From Octopus vulgaris (lineage: Eukaryota): a stretch of 64,000 nt of DNA. Position 1 is the stretch's first letter; each line of letters begins with the position of its first letter. The position numbers and the translations under genes are program-made. The stretch is taken from positions 133,734,001-133,798,000 of the forward strand of contig OX597816.1 in the NCBI GenBank assembly GCA_951406725.2, given 5' to 3'. The notes beneath the pieces were generated by a model. It saw only the letters and a program-made list of their open reading frames with translations. It did not search any database and had not been told where the DNA came from. This document shows, in pieces, positions 39,688 to 54,733 of this stretch.

Positions 39688-42600
39688 TGACATGCATGAC
39701 ACTGTTTTCTTTTTTAGGTCTGAGAAAAAAATCTCTTCATAAACATGCAGTATTAAAAACAATTTATATAGGAGTAAGGCAAACATCATCCCAGCAGTGA
39801 CCCACAAGAGCATCAAATGCACTTTGGCTTTGTCAACAATGTGTACTTGCTAGTCATATGTCTAGATGAAAACCATCCCCTTAAGTATATAGGAAACAGT
39901 GAATAATACACCCACTGACAGTGCAGATAACCACCAAGCTGAAAAAAAACTCAGTGTACACAAATAAAACAGCATTAAATTAAAATATCCATGTATGTAT
40001 TATACTTAAAGTATATACACCATTGACAGGCAAGCTATTGTGGGTTTTGTATGAGAAAATCTCTTTATAAGCAGACTGTGTTATAAATACAATATACATC
40101 AGAGCAAGACAAGCATTGTTCTAGCAGTAACCTATGAGATTCACAGCATCATGCCTATTAACAGCATGTGTATATATGTTAAATATGATACATGAATAGA
40201 TATTTTAATTCAATCCTATTTCAATTATATACTTCAAAATTTTTCCATTATCTAGGAATACATTTTCATTACATAGATTTGTCAAATTACTAGAGTGATT
40301 TTTGGATTCACTTGTACCATACTAGTAGCAATATGATGTTACTTTCAATAGAGACCTTCTAACTGTATTTCAGTTCCATAGAGTAAAAAAAACGAATGCC
40401 TTGTAACAGGATATGAATAAGAGCCTTTATCGTTTGTCCTAACTGACCAATAACTTAAGAATATACGACTAAATCAGCTTATACAAAAATATAAAAAATG
40501 AGAGGAGAAACAGGATTTAAATGTGCCAGCATAAAAGTTTACAAGTGATAAAAATTATCAGTTTTTCAGAGAAGGAGGAAGCATTTCAATCACTGAGATT
40601 TAAACTTAGAAAGAATGTCATTGATGGAAGCAGTCAAAATATTGGATATCTAAATTTTAAACATCCTAAAGCCAACTTGGCAGTATTCCACAAGTAAATA
40701 GTAATTCATTGAAGAAAAACAAATCTTAGAATGTAAGTACTGCAGATGTTGTATCTAAATATTTGGCAATGTTGTGAAAAGAAAAAGAAAACTTCCTATA
40801 AAAAGTATGAAAATTAATATTTAGAAATTGTTATTTGCCCTACCCCACATACACACTTTCAAAAAATAAATATTTGTGCAAATACAGGATATGAAAAACA
40901 CAACACCAATAACAATTCTTAGAAATAACTGCTATGACCAATCTGTAACCTTACACAGCTATTCACCTGACTTTTAGTCAGAAATAATCTTTCCACAAAA
41001 TGACTAGTTATCTAGTAAAATTTTCTAACACAGCCACAAAACTGGAGGAAAGTGACAGACAACTAAATCAACCCCAGTACTTGACTGGTATTTTAATGTA
41101 AAGAACTGGAACAAAAAACAAAAAGCAGTATATCTGGCATTCTAATTACTCTTGCCGATCCATCACCCTCTAATACTGATAAACATATATTTTAAAAACA
41201 ACAAAAATCCCAGATCAGGCCCAAATACATTTACATTTTCAATTTGCTGTAAAAAGGGATTACTTATTGAAATAATGTTTAATTTCCTACTAAATAATTT
41301 ATTATTATTATTATTATTTTACTTCGTTTTATATTGATTTTTCTACGCCAGTTAAGGTGAGTTATTTGTGTTGAAGAAATTCAATACAAATTATAACACA
41401 AATATATCTAGTTATAAATTCTTTTTATAACTAGATATATTTGTTAATGCTTTATTTTTCAAATGTAATGAGACTTCACACTTTCATTGGATTCCACCTC
41501 ATACTTAACTATACGTGCCAGCCAAGAGATTTTTTTTTTTAATGCTAAGCATTTAAGCAGGAAGATGAAGTATACCACGCAGGAGTTTTATGCCTTACCT
41601 AAGAATATAATGCAATGTGTTATACTTCAGTTTGCAATCATCACCTATTAGTCATTAGTACAGAACTTTAACATTGCAACTATATATTTCTAATTATAAT
41701 TTTGATAATCAAAGTATATTAGTTAATATTATTTCATGAATACATCAGAAATGTCTAAGTATAAATGAAATCAGATCATTTTTTTTTCTTTTTCAGACCA
41801 TTCTGGAACATTCTAAATGTTTCAAAACAACTGAAAAATAAAAGAAACTAAATGATTTAGATATTGGTCTACTAATCAAAATGTCACAAACTCAGAGCTT
41901 GTTACTAATACTATGTTCCAAGACAAAATACACAATATGACATATTTCATTTTACCTATGTAATTTAATAAGAAAATATACAATCAATTAAAGTCCAAAA
42001 ATATGAAACACTTTTAAATAACAAGGAGGAAGCTTAATTCAAGTGGAAAACACTTTCTCTTCGCTAAATTTATTTTTTCTTTTTCTAAATCTAATTTACT
42101 TGTTCTACATTATGCAACTGTCAAATACACTGACACCAATCTTGGATAGCTATGATAGTTCACTAACAAATAATAGATAGGCTTTTTCAATTTTGGAGAA
42201 AGTAATTAATGTTAACAAAGGTGCAAAGAATTTTATTATAAGTATTTGAAGAAATTAACAGAACTATGTTTCAGCATGAATATCAGCTTCTTGTGTCAAA
42301 TGAGTAATTCAAACCTAAAGCATACCTTTGAAAAACATATATGAAAGCAACTGGAAAATAACATTATTTTGGTGTTATTTAACAAGTGAATGCTAAGTAG
42401 TACAGGAATGTAATTAGAATGGATGATGAGAACTCTTTAGAGATAAGTTGTAAATTGGTAATGGACTTAGATCAAATTGCAATTAGAATGGGGTCAGAAA
42501 GACTGACATAGTAAAGTGTTGACATTAACACCGGAAATGCTCAAGGACAAACAGTTAAAGAAAAGCCATTTTGCTCATTTATCTATTCTATTCAATCATG

Positions 42601-44837
42601 CAAAAATAAACATTAAAAAACATGAATAGAAATCTTAAACGTATGCAAGTGTGTATGTGTGTGTGTGTGTGGTGTGTGGGTGTATATGGTGTGGTGTGAT
42701 GTGTGTGTGTGTGAGAGGGGTGCATGTAAGCTTTTTATTCATGTTTCTCTTAAAGTTTGACAAAACTTCAATTGCAAGCTGTTTAAATACATTCACACCC
42801 ACTATATAATTGTGAGTTACACTTTAATAATGTTAGCAGTCACATTGGAAATGAGAGTAGAGTGTGGAGGGTAGGAGACAGTGGAATCATCAATTTATAC
42901 CTGTAAATACTAATTTGTTTTACATTATTAATCAGTAATAATTATTCAAAAAAAAAAATTAGGTATTGTACTTGACATAAAAGTAACATAAAATTTCTCA
43001 TGAATAACACATGTTGTTTTCTTTTGTTTCCTTTATTAAGATAATCTCTTAATGATCAACCATTAAAAATGAAAATGCAGCAGAGACGTTAATTTTGAAA
43101 TTTTTTTAGGTTTAGTAAAAGTTCTTGTTTCTATCCAATAGGCAGCTGGTGTTAGTTCTAGAATTACATTTTTCAAGTTACTCTTAAGATTATGTAAGAT
43201 AAAATGTACAGTCTTTATTAATGTTGCTATAAGAGATACTATTTTCTTTCTATGAATTCTACACATGAACTAACTGCCCTCCTTTAGTCTTATTACTCAT
43301 TCTCCATACAAGAATTGGCAGCATTGTTCTTGAAACTGATATTTACACAAATTATCTTTTTTTTTAAATTTTATGTTTTCCTTATAACAACCATTCAGAC
43401 ATGAAGGAGTGAAAGAGTTACATACTAACACTCATGCATTAATCAACTTTGCATGCTGTTCTATTCTTCTTTAACAACCTTCCAGATGGAAAAGAGTTTA
43501 AGGTTTTGGTAAAATGCTAACCAAAGTCATCAGAGTGCATTCATCCAGTCATTTAATCCACCTGTTAGCTACAGCCTACAGCCTAGTATTGAAATATATG
43601 CTAACATTTCCGTATTAATTTTAGAGTATTCTATAAAATACACGCTATTTTTTTAAAGTTCTTATTTCTCTCTGTTCTTTAGAACGTGGGTTATATCTCA
43701 CTAATAATGTGGTAAAACTGATACAAAATTAATTTTCTTGCTGATATCTTCTTATGATCATTCACTCCAATTTTTCATTCGTTAGTGCTTTGATTTTCTT
43801 CAACTTCCAGTTTTAACATTTCACTGATATGTTCTCTCTCTAAAAGCAGTCTTGTTCCCATCAAATGGAGCCCTTCTTTACTGATTTAGCTACAATCAGT
43901 TGAAGGTACACATTAAACTATGGTTATGTCCTTTCATCAACTTTGTACAACATATTAAAATAAAAATCTAATTATAACCATAAATATTTTAAACTTATTC
44001 CCTGAACACCAAAGTGTGTCTGTAAGCTACAAATATATTTATAAATATAAAGCAGATATTCTAAAAAACAGAAAAGGTTGTCTAATTAGTATTGTAAATA
44101 CTAGTACTAAAAGAATTTATATGTTTATATATATATATATATATATAATTTATCTTAAGAGAATATTTATTCATTATATAACTTCTGAAAAATAATACCT
44201 AGCTTCCAGAATAACAATAACTTCTTTTATGTAAGCTCAAAATCAAATATTCCTTTACAAATATCTGAATTGAAAAGTAAGTAAAAGGAGACACATTTCC
44301 CTAAAACAGGAAATAAAAATTAAAAAATTAAAATTGTAAGAGCCAACTGAAAAAAAAAAAACAACGAAAAAGCAATAGACATCAGAAACTAATATAACTG
44401 CAATTTCAGCTGTGTAAATAGGAAACCAGCTTGTAATAAAAATTGTCTTGACAAACACAATCCAATTTGTGTCATTTCTGACCCCAGAACTAACAACAAA
44501 TACAGAGTTAGCTATGACAAGCAGGCTTCAACAAAGACGTAACTATACAATTACAGACGCTATAAGCTGTTTATAAACTAAACATCCTTTCTATTTAAAT
44601 TATTGGACTTTATAGCATTTTGAATAGTAACAAGATTAAACTTCTGAATTTAACAAATATGCAAGATCAATATGATAAGTGACAAAACACTTTGAAAAAA
44701 TTGTTTTAATAAAGTTTTGTGGTTAAACAAAAACCTTCAGCTAAGAAATTACAAATATTACAAAAAATAAAATGTTACTTAATAAAAAATTACAAAAGAA
44801 TAAACAATCATAAATTATTGGACAATATTATTTACTA

Positions 44838-45155
44838 TGGCAGCAGCTAGCAGAATCATTAGCACACTGAGTGAAATGCTTTGCCATTTTGTCTATCCCT
44901 GCCTTCTCTGAGCTCAAATTCTGCTGAAGCTAACCTTGCCCTTCATTTTTTCAGGGTTCATCAAATAAGTACCAGGTGAGCACTAGGGTCGATGTAATTG
45001 ACTTAGCTTACACCCCTCTGTCAAACCAATGTAGTAGAGTAGGCTCATCAAACTAGTATGATCTCAAGCTCACATTTACAGCCTCCACATCAGACCATGG
45101 TCGGTGGAGAGAACATGCTGAGGCCTCCATCCTGCAGTGGACTGAACATAGGCAG
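44838..45155 (+). mobile_element. SINE family A head followed by a different RTE-like tail
   Basis: Head 44838-45010; tail gaggcctccatcctgcagtggactgaacataggc resembles recalled RTE 3' termini. Confidence 0.65.
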
Positions 45156-46989
45156 TCAAATCCAATTATTTACTAGGTTTATTATAGTAGTTTAATGTGG
45201 ATTATTGTCAGGATTCCATTTATAAATATATGGGACATTTAGTATAGGTATGCACAGAGAAGGGAAGAAACAAATAAGTATTAAAACAATCATGAGCAAA
45301 CTGCAGCCTGCCAGACTTTCTGAATGGCACATTAACGAAAAATTACTTTGAAATTTTTTAGTAGTGCAGCCTGCCTGATGACGAGCCATGTTTCATACAG
45401 TATGCTTCTTATAAAAAGATTAATCATACTTGTATAAAAGTTTGCTTTCAACTAAATGTTCTGGAAGATGGTTTCATAATTCATTTTAATCTATAATCTA
45501 TCAAAAGATTTTGAATATTAGAAATTTAGAATTAACAAGTAGAACTAATAAGTGTGTAAAATAGTCTAGGAGTGGACTCATCAAATGGAAATAACTAATT
45601 GATAAGGGAAAATAGCAATAAAAAAAAAATGTTACAACAAAAAAGCAAGTATAGAATAAGGTGGTATAAAATTTCCAGTAACTGGTACAACAAGTATGTT
45701 CATATTACAAAAATTAGTAGCTAATTACATCAAATCAAGCATCTTAAAGAATCCAGATAAGAGTCACTTAAAATCTTTATTCGTAGACTGAATTGTTCTA
45801 AATTAAACACACATCACTGAATTTCATTAGGATATCACTGAATACAGAGTATATGAAACAGTAAAAATGAAGTTACATCAAATTCAACAAGTAAAAAAGT
45901 TTTTCAGCTATTGTTTGAAGGAATTCTTCATCAGAAGAAAAAAAAGCTACATTTGTTGAATTATTGACAGTCATTAAACTAAACAGAGGAGGATCATGTA
46001 ATACATAGGAGTGGCAGAGACAGATTAGCATTTCTGGTGTGATGTAATTAACCAGACTAACTGGTTTCCAAAAAGAAAAAAAAACAAAAAAACCCTGAAG
46101 ATTATGCAAGTTTTATGGCAGCTTGACTATATATGTCTATTGTGTACAAAGTGTATAAGATTAGAGTGCTATATACATACACAACACACATATGTAAATC
46201 TAGATTCATTATACTACAAAAAAAGCTCAATGAAATCATTTACACATGACTAAGCTGATGGCAATGTGCCATGAATTTTTATAAAGTACAAATAGTAAGG
46301 AAGAATGCTGAAAATTTTCTGAAGAAAATTTAAGAAAGTGTTGATGTCTATTGATGTTCAGTTACCAGTGGACTTTCCAATATTGACTTGACTAGTGATA
46401 AATCAAAGTGGGGCACAAACAACACCTTTTGACAATTGAGATAACTTTATCTTGTATACTTGGCAAGTCAGTGAAATTAGTTATGGACAAAAGGATTAAT
46501 TTCTAAAATACTACAAGCTGGTAAACACAAAGATTGTAGAAAGTCATTCTTTGCTTACTAAGTTTTAGGTGACTGCCCCATCACTTTTTGTAGCAGTGAG
46601 AAAATAGGTCCAGCCATTCTTTACAAAATTTTAAGATAACACTTTTATTTTTATATCTCACAGAAGTGACTGTCTTCTATGTAGAAGTACCAGTAGAGGT
46701 TTATCTTCAAAAGGTTAAGAAATAATGTTCCTGATATACAGTGAAAAGTTCATTTGAGCAGAGTGTTCTACATTCAAAATTAAATTCAATCAAACCATTA
46801 TTAGTTAATAAGCTTGCTTTACAACCACATGGTTCCAGTTTCAATACCATTGTGCAAATGCCTTCTACTGTAGTCCAGAGTTGACCAATACCTTCTGAGA
46901 GGAATTTATAAATGAAAAGCAATGCAGAAACCCATTATTACCACTTTATGTCTACTCTTTCCGATGCTTGCATGGATTGGATAGGTCTT

Positions 46990-49560
46990 TTCCAACACAG
47001 CATCTCATCAATTATTGTGGTCCTTCGTCATTTTCTTCTTTTCATTCAGCTTTTACTACTACTTCATAAATCTTCCTCTTCTGCAGATTCCTTCCACTTG
47101 AATTGCTTGGTAATTCTTTACCTAACTCGCATCAACCATATGCATTACATATCTGTACCAGCTCAGTCATGCATACATCTGAATCCTTTTATGCCTTCCC
47201 CAACCTCTCAACTCATTTGTACTCCATCATTCTTGCACACTAACATTATATGTCCAATAGAGCATGCCTGCCATACTTCTTTCCAGTTATTGCAGATCCT
47301 CCAAATTCAATGTCCATATTTTACTACCAGAAAACACTGCACTTTATATGCAGGCATCATACAACCTGTCATTCACTCAAAGAAAGAAATCTGTCTCTAG
47401 AAGAGTTCATACCTAAAACCTCCCTCCCTGAATTTTTTTTCCAAACCATTTTTACACTGATTACCATGTTTTTAGAATACTTTCCACTACAGCTAATTAG
47501 GTAAACCAGACCACAAAAGCTAAGAATTACTTCTAGGAAGCCCTTCTAACATTTGAAAGACTTTATGATGTGTGCCCTTATTGCTAGCTTCTCTTGCACA
47601 TCTCCTCATACAGTCCTTCTCTATGAACTTACCTGTGATCCCATTGCACCTCTTGGGTACCTGTAATTTACACTGGGTTCATCTGATAAAATTTGTACCT
47701 ACTCCTTTTCTGCATATCAAGCATGGTCACTTTCCATAGCATCCAGTCTTCTTTTCAACTAACTAAAACTTTTTCTTTGCTAGATTTTCTTTAAGAGCTC
47801 TTAGTTTTAGGCTTTGCTCCCAGGTTTGAAATTTTTTCCCTAATTCTTTGATAGATTCAACTATGAGAACCCGGTCGTCAGTATACAGAAGTTTTCAGAC
47901 AGCTAGTTTTAAATTCCTTTGTTATGGCCTGGAGAATTATAATAAACTACAGGCTACTGAGAACTAAGTCCTGATGAACACCTACCTATATGTTAAATTC
48001 CTCAGAGAAATTTCATCTTGATAACACAAACTAATCATCTACACAAAGCCTTATTAATGGTCGCCAGATTACTAAATGTGGTACTCAGTCAAAGGACTTC
48101 TTCAGGTCAACAAATGCTTTATTAAGAACTTTAGCTGTCTCACAAGGAAGAGGATATCAATAGCACCCTGTTTTGGCACAAAACCAAATTGCATCTTATC
48201 TGAGCTAATTTCCTTCCTGACTAGAAGGGTATGCCATAATTCTTACCAGTCTCAGAACTTTATGTAACAGTTTAACGCCTTCTTCTTTCTACTGCATCTC
48301 CTTTACCCAAGTAACAGTTGGTGATAATATTGCTATGCCATTTACTGGAAATTATTTCATTATTATTATCTAATGAACTATGCAAACGATTAGTGCATGT
48401 CAGCAGATCATCTCAGATGATAATCTCTGATGATCCAACCATTTCAACTCTATAGCTGTTAATTTCAATACCTGGCTCCTCTAAGGAGTCTACTTCAGGT
48501 AATCTTTCTCACTTTCATGCATTCTCCTCATGTAGCAACCTCTTGCAGGACCATTCCTATGTCTCCTACTTCTCAGTAAGAGTGAATGTGCTACCAACAT
48601 TATGTTCATACTTTTCACCTATGATGTCCTGAATCAAATTGCGTTACAATCCAAAATGCTTCACACATATGATCAACAGAACATTAGTAAGCCTCTTTCT
48701 CTCTGCTTCTCTTCTCGATAAATATATTTGATGCCTAGCTTCTCTTCTAGCTAGCTGATTTTGTTCTTTTCTCTCCACATCCCACTTTCTTCAATTCTTT
48801 CCAGACCCATCTCTTAGTTTTTATGGCTTTATCCACCATACCATTCTGTCATCATATCACATTCCATCTAGCTAAAATTTTGCTCCCTACACAGATCTGA
48901 TCTGTGGCTAGCAGTAAATTTGTTTCATAGGCTTACTTTCTCTTTCTCTTCAACATACAGATCATTTCTTTGAACCTACATCTGGTTGAAAAATACTTTA
49001 GCTTCCATAACTTCTGTCCCCAGTCACTTGTCTATGTTGGTACAGTCTTCATCAGAAAAAAAGACTTAATATTTCCACCCTGGTGAGTATGAAGATGATC
49101 TGATTTGCAAGTTTGCCAGTTTGCATAGTTAACAAGTTTTGTGAAGTTAGTATTGCAAATGGTTAAATCATCTGCATCATAAAATTCCAAGAGCTTTGAT
49201 TGTCTTTATTTCTTGTACCATATATCAGGATAACCATGAAGGTATTGTTCAGCATGCTCACTATCTATGAACCTAAGATTGTTGTCAGGTGTTATCATGA
49301 AATCTACAAGAAGGCCTCATAAAAATGGGTCTTTTGCTTACCTATCAGTTGAAATTGTGGTACATATGCAAAGCTCATTATTGCCATAACGTTGTCTATG
49401 ACTAGTCTTAACTCAACTATTGTGTCACATACTCTGACTACCTCAATGACTACTCACTAACTCCAGTGCTGCTACCCACCCAGAAGACTGAGGAAGAGAG
49501 TTGATGCAATCACTTAATGACAGTTGAAGAGTTCCTATTCAAGGCTCGATATTCCCACCT
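46990..49560 (-). mobile_element. Old, long RTE LINE copy (endonuclease + RT remnants)
   Basis: Reverse translations: FAYVPQ (EN SAYAPQ-like, ~49370), DILFLVRQL (~48150), GVHQDLVLS...IIILQAITKEFKTSC (~47900-47985); heavily decayed. Confidence 0.85.
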
Positions 49561-50742
49561 GATCACCCCACAGCTGTGTGCAGTGCTAATATAGTGTTAG
49601 GATTTTTACTGATTTGACTGACACATTTTTGTGCAGCAGAATGCCCTTCTTGTCACAAATTACTTTTACAGCATGGACTTGGAGCATTTTATCATGCCAC
49701 CTGCATTACTGAAACTGTCTGACAGGACTGAAAAATTGTTTACACCTTAGCAGCTTTTGTTCAGTCACCACTCTCTAAGGTGTATTGCTTTTGCTACAGC
49801 TTATGGAGTCCACAACTCTCTGCAAATTTTTATTTAAAATTATTGCTCTCTTTGACAGACTGTCTTTGTTTGGTTTGCAAAGTCCACAATTTTCCCATGA
49901 TGTGTGTGTGTGTGTGTGTGCGTGCGCACACATGCGCACGCATGACTGTACTTATATTTACCTGTGTAAGTTGATGTATCAGATTGCCTTCCTATATGCT
50001 GAAAAAGCAATTTCACAATTTGGTAAACAGAGGCTGATAAAGTTCCAGGTACATATATTATATGTTCTAGACTGTTCTATACTAATTTGATGATAGTTTG
50101 TACTTAACTACTTTGTTTTAAAATTTCTCCTTTTTAATATTGATCAGAGTAACAAAATCTCATTTTCTTTTTTATTTTCTCCCTTTCATTTTCCAAATTA
50201 ACATTTAAACTTACAGGTGTAACCAGAGATCAGTTGGGTTTGGTATTCCAATCTCTGATGCCATCTATACACACATCTAATTATAATGTACTTGTTTGAC
50301 CTTTAAATGAATTACAATTAAACTGCTTTAGTTCTCATACTAACCACTTAGCTATTAGCATGTTACATATCTAGCTAATGGGAAAAAAAAATTAAATACA
50401 AAGTAACTATTTTCAGTGATGCTAAATTAACGGGGCAATTTTGCCTCTCTTACATAAAAATAAATTAGTAAAATGATTATGTACTAAATTAAAAGATTAT
50501 TTATCATTAATAACTCTTGATATCTCCACCATTTTGGATAAGATAGCTTATATTCCATTGAACATTCTTAAGAATATTCATCCTACTTTTTTTCCTAAAA
50601 TGAGAAATTAACTAAATCATTAACAGGCTTTTTTTTTATTTATTGTAGGATCTTCACATTAATTGCCTTAAGGTTGAGGACTTGGGCCAATATTAATTCA
50701 CAATACTGAAACAATTTATCAAACTATATATTTTTTTTTTTA

Positions 50743-51129
50743 CTTTTACTTGTTTCAGTCATTTGACTGTGGCCATGCTAGAGCAGCACCTTTAAGGGTT
50801 TTTAACCAAACAAATCAACTCTAGGACTTATTCTTTGTAGGTTTAGTACTTATTCTGTCAGTCTCTTTTGCTGAACCACTAAGTTATGGGAGCATAGACG
50901 TACTAACATCAGTTGTCAAGTGGGGGCACAAACACAGACACAAAGACACACACACATAAATATATATATATATATATATATACACAAACACACACAACAG
51001 GCTTCTTTCAGTTTCCATCTACCAAATCCACTCACAAAGCTTTGGTCAGCCTAAGGTTATAGCAGAAGACACTTGCCCAAAGTGCCACCATGTGGTTAGG
51101 AAGCAAGCTTCTTACCACACAGCTATGCC
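50743..51129 (-). mobile_element. SINE family B, near full length
   Basis: Reverse complement of 58439-58846. Confidence 0.9.
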
Positions 51130-51849
51130 ATTTTAACATATACAAAAGTTTAGGTGTCAAGCAAAAAACTTTTTTGTATCAATTCAAATTATTACACTTC
51201 TCCTACAAACATTTGTGATACAGTGCAATATAAGGAATCACTATTCACGCACCCTGTCAAACCATCCAACCAGTATGGAATATGGTGTGAGTTTTTATTA
51301 TATTTATTATGTTTGTACCTTCACTTTTTATATTATTATGTTTATACTTAGTTTTTGAAGGAATATCAGTATGTAATTCCCTTTGATGATATTCACAAAA
51401 TTTAAATAAAACTAACATACAGAAAAATAAAATTGCTTCGGGGTTTCTGTCACTATATTTCTCTGAGATTTTTCTCTATAATAACACCACAATCCACTCT
51501 GGTTGACTGCTTTTAGCCTCCTAGCCTAAGATTTAAAAAACAAAATCTAATCACTACTTAGACTTTTAGCGACTAGCTTTCCATCAAACATTTTTCTTAC
51601 AAATACGTATGCAGGCACCAGGCACACAAGTGTGTGCTCATGCATGCTTACAATTCTCTTCGTTTATTATTCAGACTGAAATACAAGTAATGTGGTATGA
51701 AAGACAAGATGCAAAGATCAGGAGTTGGATATAAGCACAAATGAGTGTTTTCATTTCTGAGCTGAAATACCTTACCAACAAAATTTATAGGTACACCAAT
51801 ATCGCCATTATCATCATCATCATTATCATCTTACCAATATCACCACCAC

Positions 51850-52256
51850 CACCACCATCATTTTAACAATTATTTTTCCATATTTGCATGGATGAGACAA
51901 AATTTTTGCCAGCTGGATGCCATTCATGTTATCAACACTCACTTGTTTCCAATCAAAGTTATATTTCTAATGATTGAACATGTTTCCATGGAACAATGGA
52001 AATGAATGGCACTGCCTGTATGACAGTGAGGCACACTTACAACTACTAACTGATGTCAAGACAAGGAACAACAATCACACTCACAGACACTCATGCACAC
52101 ACAAAAGGCTTCTTTTATTTTATGTCAACCAAATCTACTCACAAGGTTTTGGTTGGCCCATAGCATTAAAAGAAGATACTTGCCCAAGGTGCCATACAGT
52201 AGGACTGAACCCAAAACCATGTGGTTGGAAAAGCAAACTTCTTAACCACACAGCCA
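51850..52256 (-). mobile_element. SINE: family B head with (GAT)n-type tail
   Basis: Head 52100-52256, tail 51850-52100; explains ORF 51974-52486. Confidence 0.8.
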
Positions 52257-52974
52257 TTCGCACATGTGTGAGAGAGAGAGAGAGAGAGTCAGTGTATGTG
52301 TGTGCTTCTTTGAAAATTACTGAGTTGCAAGTTTGGACATTGTTGTCACTTTCTCAATCAACAAATCATCTGCTGGCTTTGGGCCTGAAGGCATGTGGAA
52401 TAAGAAACCCCTTACTTGAAGAAGAAATAGGAGTAACAGAAAGGGCATCTGAATGCAAAACAGTACCCAGTGATATATTCATCTAACACATGCTAGCATG
52501 AAAAAATTAACAGATATAAAAGCAAAAGGATAAATGAAAATGTGTGTCCCTCAGATATATATATATATTTTCTTTTAAATTGTCACTAAATACTAGATTC
52601 CTACCAAATCTTGGGAACCAATTTCTTCTCTAATTACCTAGATCAAAGACTTCCTTTCAATTTGCTTCAAATTTCTCCCAGGCCTACTCAAGTAAGCAAA
52701 TAACAAAGAAAAAAAAACTAAGAAATATTTTTGTTTTTGTAGCCTATATTCACAAATTACTCATTATTTTATTTTCACATTTTTATTGTTTCTTTTCATG
52801 AAAAAGTTTATACATCATATATTTCAGACAAATGCATTGCACTCAAGAGCTTGTGACTAAATCCATAAAGTTTATTTTTATCCCCATCAACTTTTATTCA
52901 CTGCTGAATTACCAGACGGTATCACAGTATCCTGGTGCTTCTTCCAGCATTTAAGGTATTCAATAGTAGGAAAA

Positions 52975-53207
52975 GTGGTGCCACGTAAAATGTACTCATG
53001 CCAGTGCCATGTAGAAGCGCTTGTGATGGTGGCACGTTAAAAGCACTCAGCACATACTGTAAAAAGTTGGAATTAGAAAGAGCATCAAGCCACAGAAACC
53101 AACCAACATCAAACTGGAACCTGGTGCAGCTTCCCAGCTCTGGTCAAACCATCCACTCCGTGCCAGCATGGAAAATGGATGTCAAAGGAGGATGATGAAG
53201 ATGATGA
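52975..53207 (+). mobile_element. RTE-tail-type repeat
   Basis: gtgccacgtaaaa units ... ccagcatggaaaatggatgtcaaa then gatgatga. Confidence 0.75.
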
Positions 53208-54610
53208 CAATAAAAAGTAAAGTCAACCTCAGCAGCATTTTGTCTGGCATACTAACAATTCCACCAGCTCTCTGCCTTTTAAAGACGAATAAAATAATGA
53301 AAATATCTAAACACAAGTCAAAATGGAACTAACGAAAAAACGTTTTTAAAAAGAAATTTTTTTAAGATAAAGAACATCGTTTAAAAAACTGTGATATTCA
53401 AAACTGTCTGTTGTTATCTTACAATATAACTACTGTAGCTTGTTGACAAATGAACAACAATAACAAAAATCAAAAAGCTTTGTTTCAATAAATTTAACCA
53501 AGCAAACTCATGCAAGCATGAAAAAAAGAAAATCAATTAAAAAGAAGACAATGATATAATAACAGTCCAACTCAAATGCTTTTAACAAAACCAGAAATAT
53601 TTTTTAAATAATGGTGTTATGTGGAAAGAAATAATATTACAAAATGATCTTTCATCATTAGAAGTTTTCTATTGAGATTAAAATAGAAAAATAGTTCAGC
53701 ATTCGGGTTTGATAAAAGTTTCAATAAAGTAGGAACTTGTAAATGGAATAGAATTGGTTGACCACAACTTTACAAATTTCTCAAGTTTCACAATTTTATA
53801 CAAAAAAAAAAGTGGCGTGGTTAGCTGAAAATATTAATATATATACATAGGATTAACTTTTCAATTCAAAAGCTTTAGAAAAGCAGAACACTAGATATTA
53901 GAAAAATTCCTTAGGAAACCTGTTTTCCATATTAGACATGAAGCTATTTTCTTCAGATGGAAGAGTTAAAGGACTTGCCTGGGAACATAAACAAAACCTA
54001 ACAATTTTGAAATAAATTTGAAAACATGAAGGATAACAGAGATAAAATGCATGTATAGGGTCGATGAAAGCTGGGCTTCTACAAAGGTTGAGATGAGCTG
54101 GGATAAAAAATACAATAAAGCACGGTATATGCATTTATTTTCAGCAGTTGGAATTTCTAACAGCAGGAAATGATATATAAGCATTTCCTTTATTTAATGA
54201 TCTGTTTGTAAATTCCATTTGAGTGTCATGAATGTAATAATACCCATTGCTTTAAGTTTTGTCTTAAAATTTATCAGTATTATTAAAACATTAACAAAAA
54301 ATTCTCAGCAGAGTAGAAATCACTTCATGAGTTGATTTAGGGGCTAAACTTAATGTGTATTTATTGAAAAACCATGAAAAGTTTAATTTACAAAAAGCAA
54401 TTTGTTTTCAGATCAATAGTATAAACACAAAATTGCATTATATGCATGAAGCTGCTGAAGGTCATATAAATGAAAAGATGACAGTGATGAAAATGTTCTA
54501 TGTAGAGTTAAGTATGAATATACTTTCCAAGTTGTACTACAGCAGGGATCATCAAACTTTTTCATAGTGGGTCAGACATAGCTAAAAGAATGCCAAGTGT
54601 GGGCCAGATA

Positions 54611-54733
54611 AATATTTTGTTCAATTGAGTATAATATAGAATACACAAAAAATATTTTGTTCAATTGAGTATAATATAGAATACACAAAAAATATTTTGT
54701 TCAATTGAGTATAATATAGAGTACACAAAAAAT
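54611..54733. repeat. 40-bp tandem repeat x3 inside the hAT element
   Basis: aatattttgttcaattgagtataatatagaatacacaaaa at 54611, 54651 and 54691 (one substitution in the third). Confidence 0.97.

Noticed and set aside
39619-39822. Signal-anchor-like hydrophobic ORF
   Set aside because: No credible donor; it runs into a (TA)n tract.
43200-43900. Possible decayed pogo/Tigger transposase
   Set aside because: Only a WM-like word and general texture; no TIRs or clear catalytic motifs.
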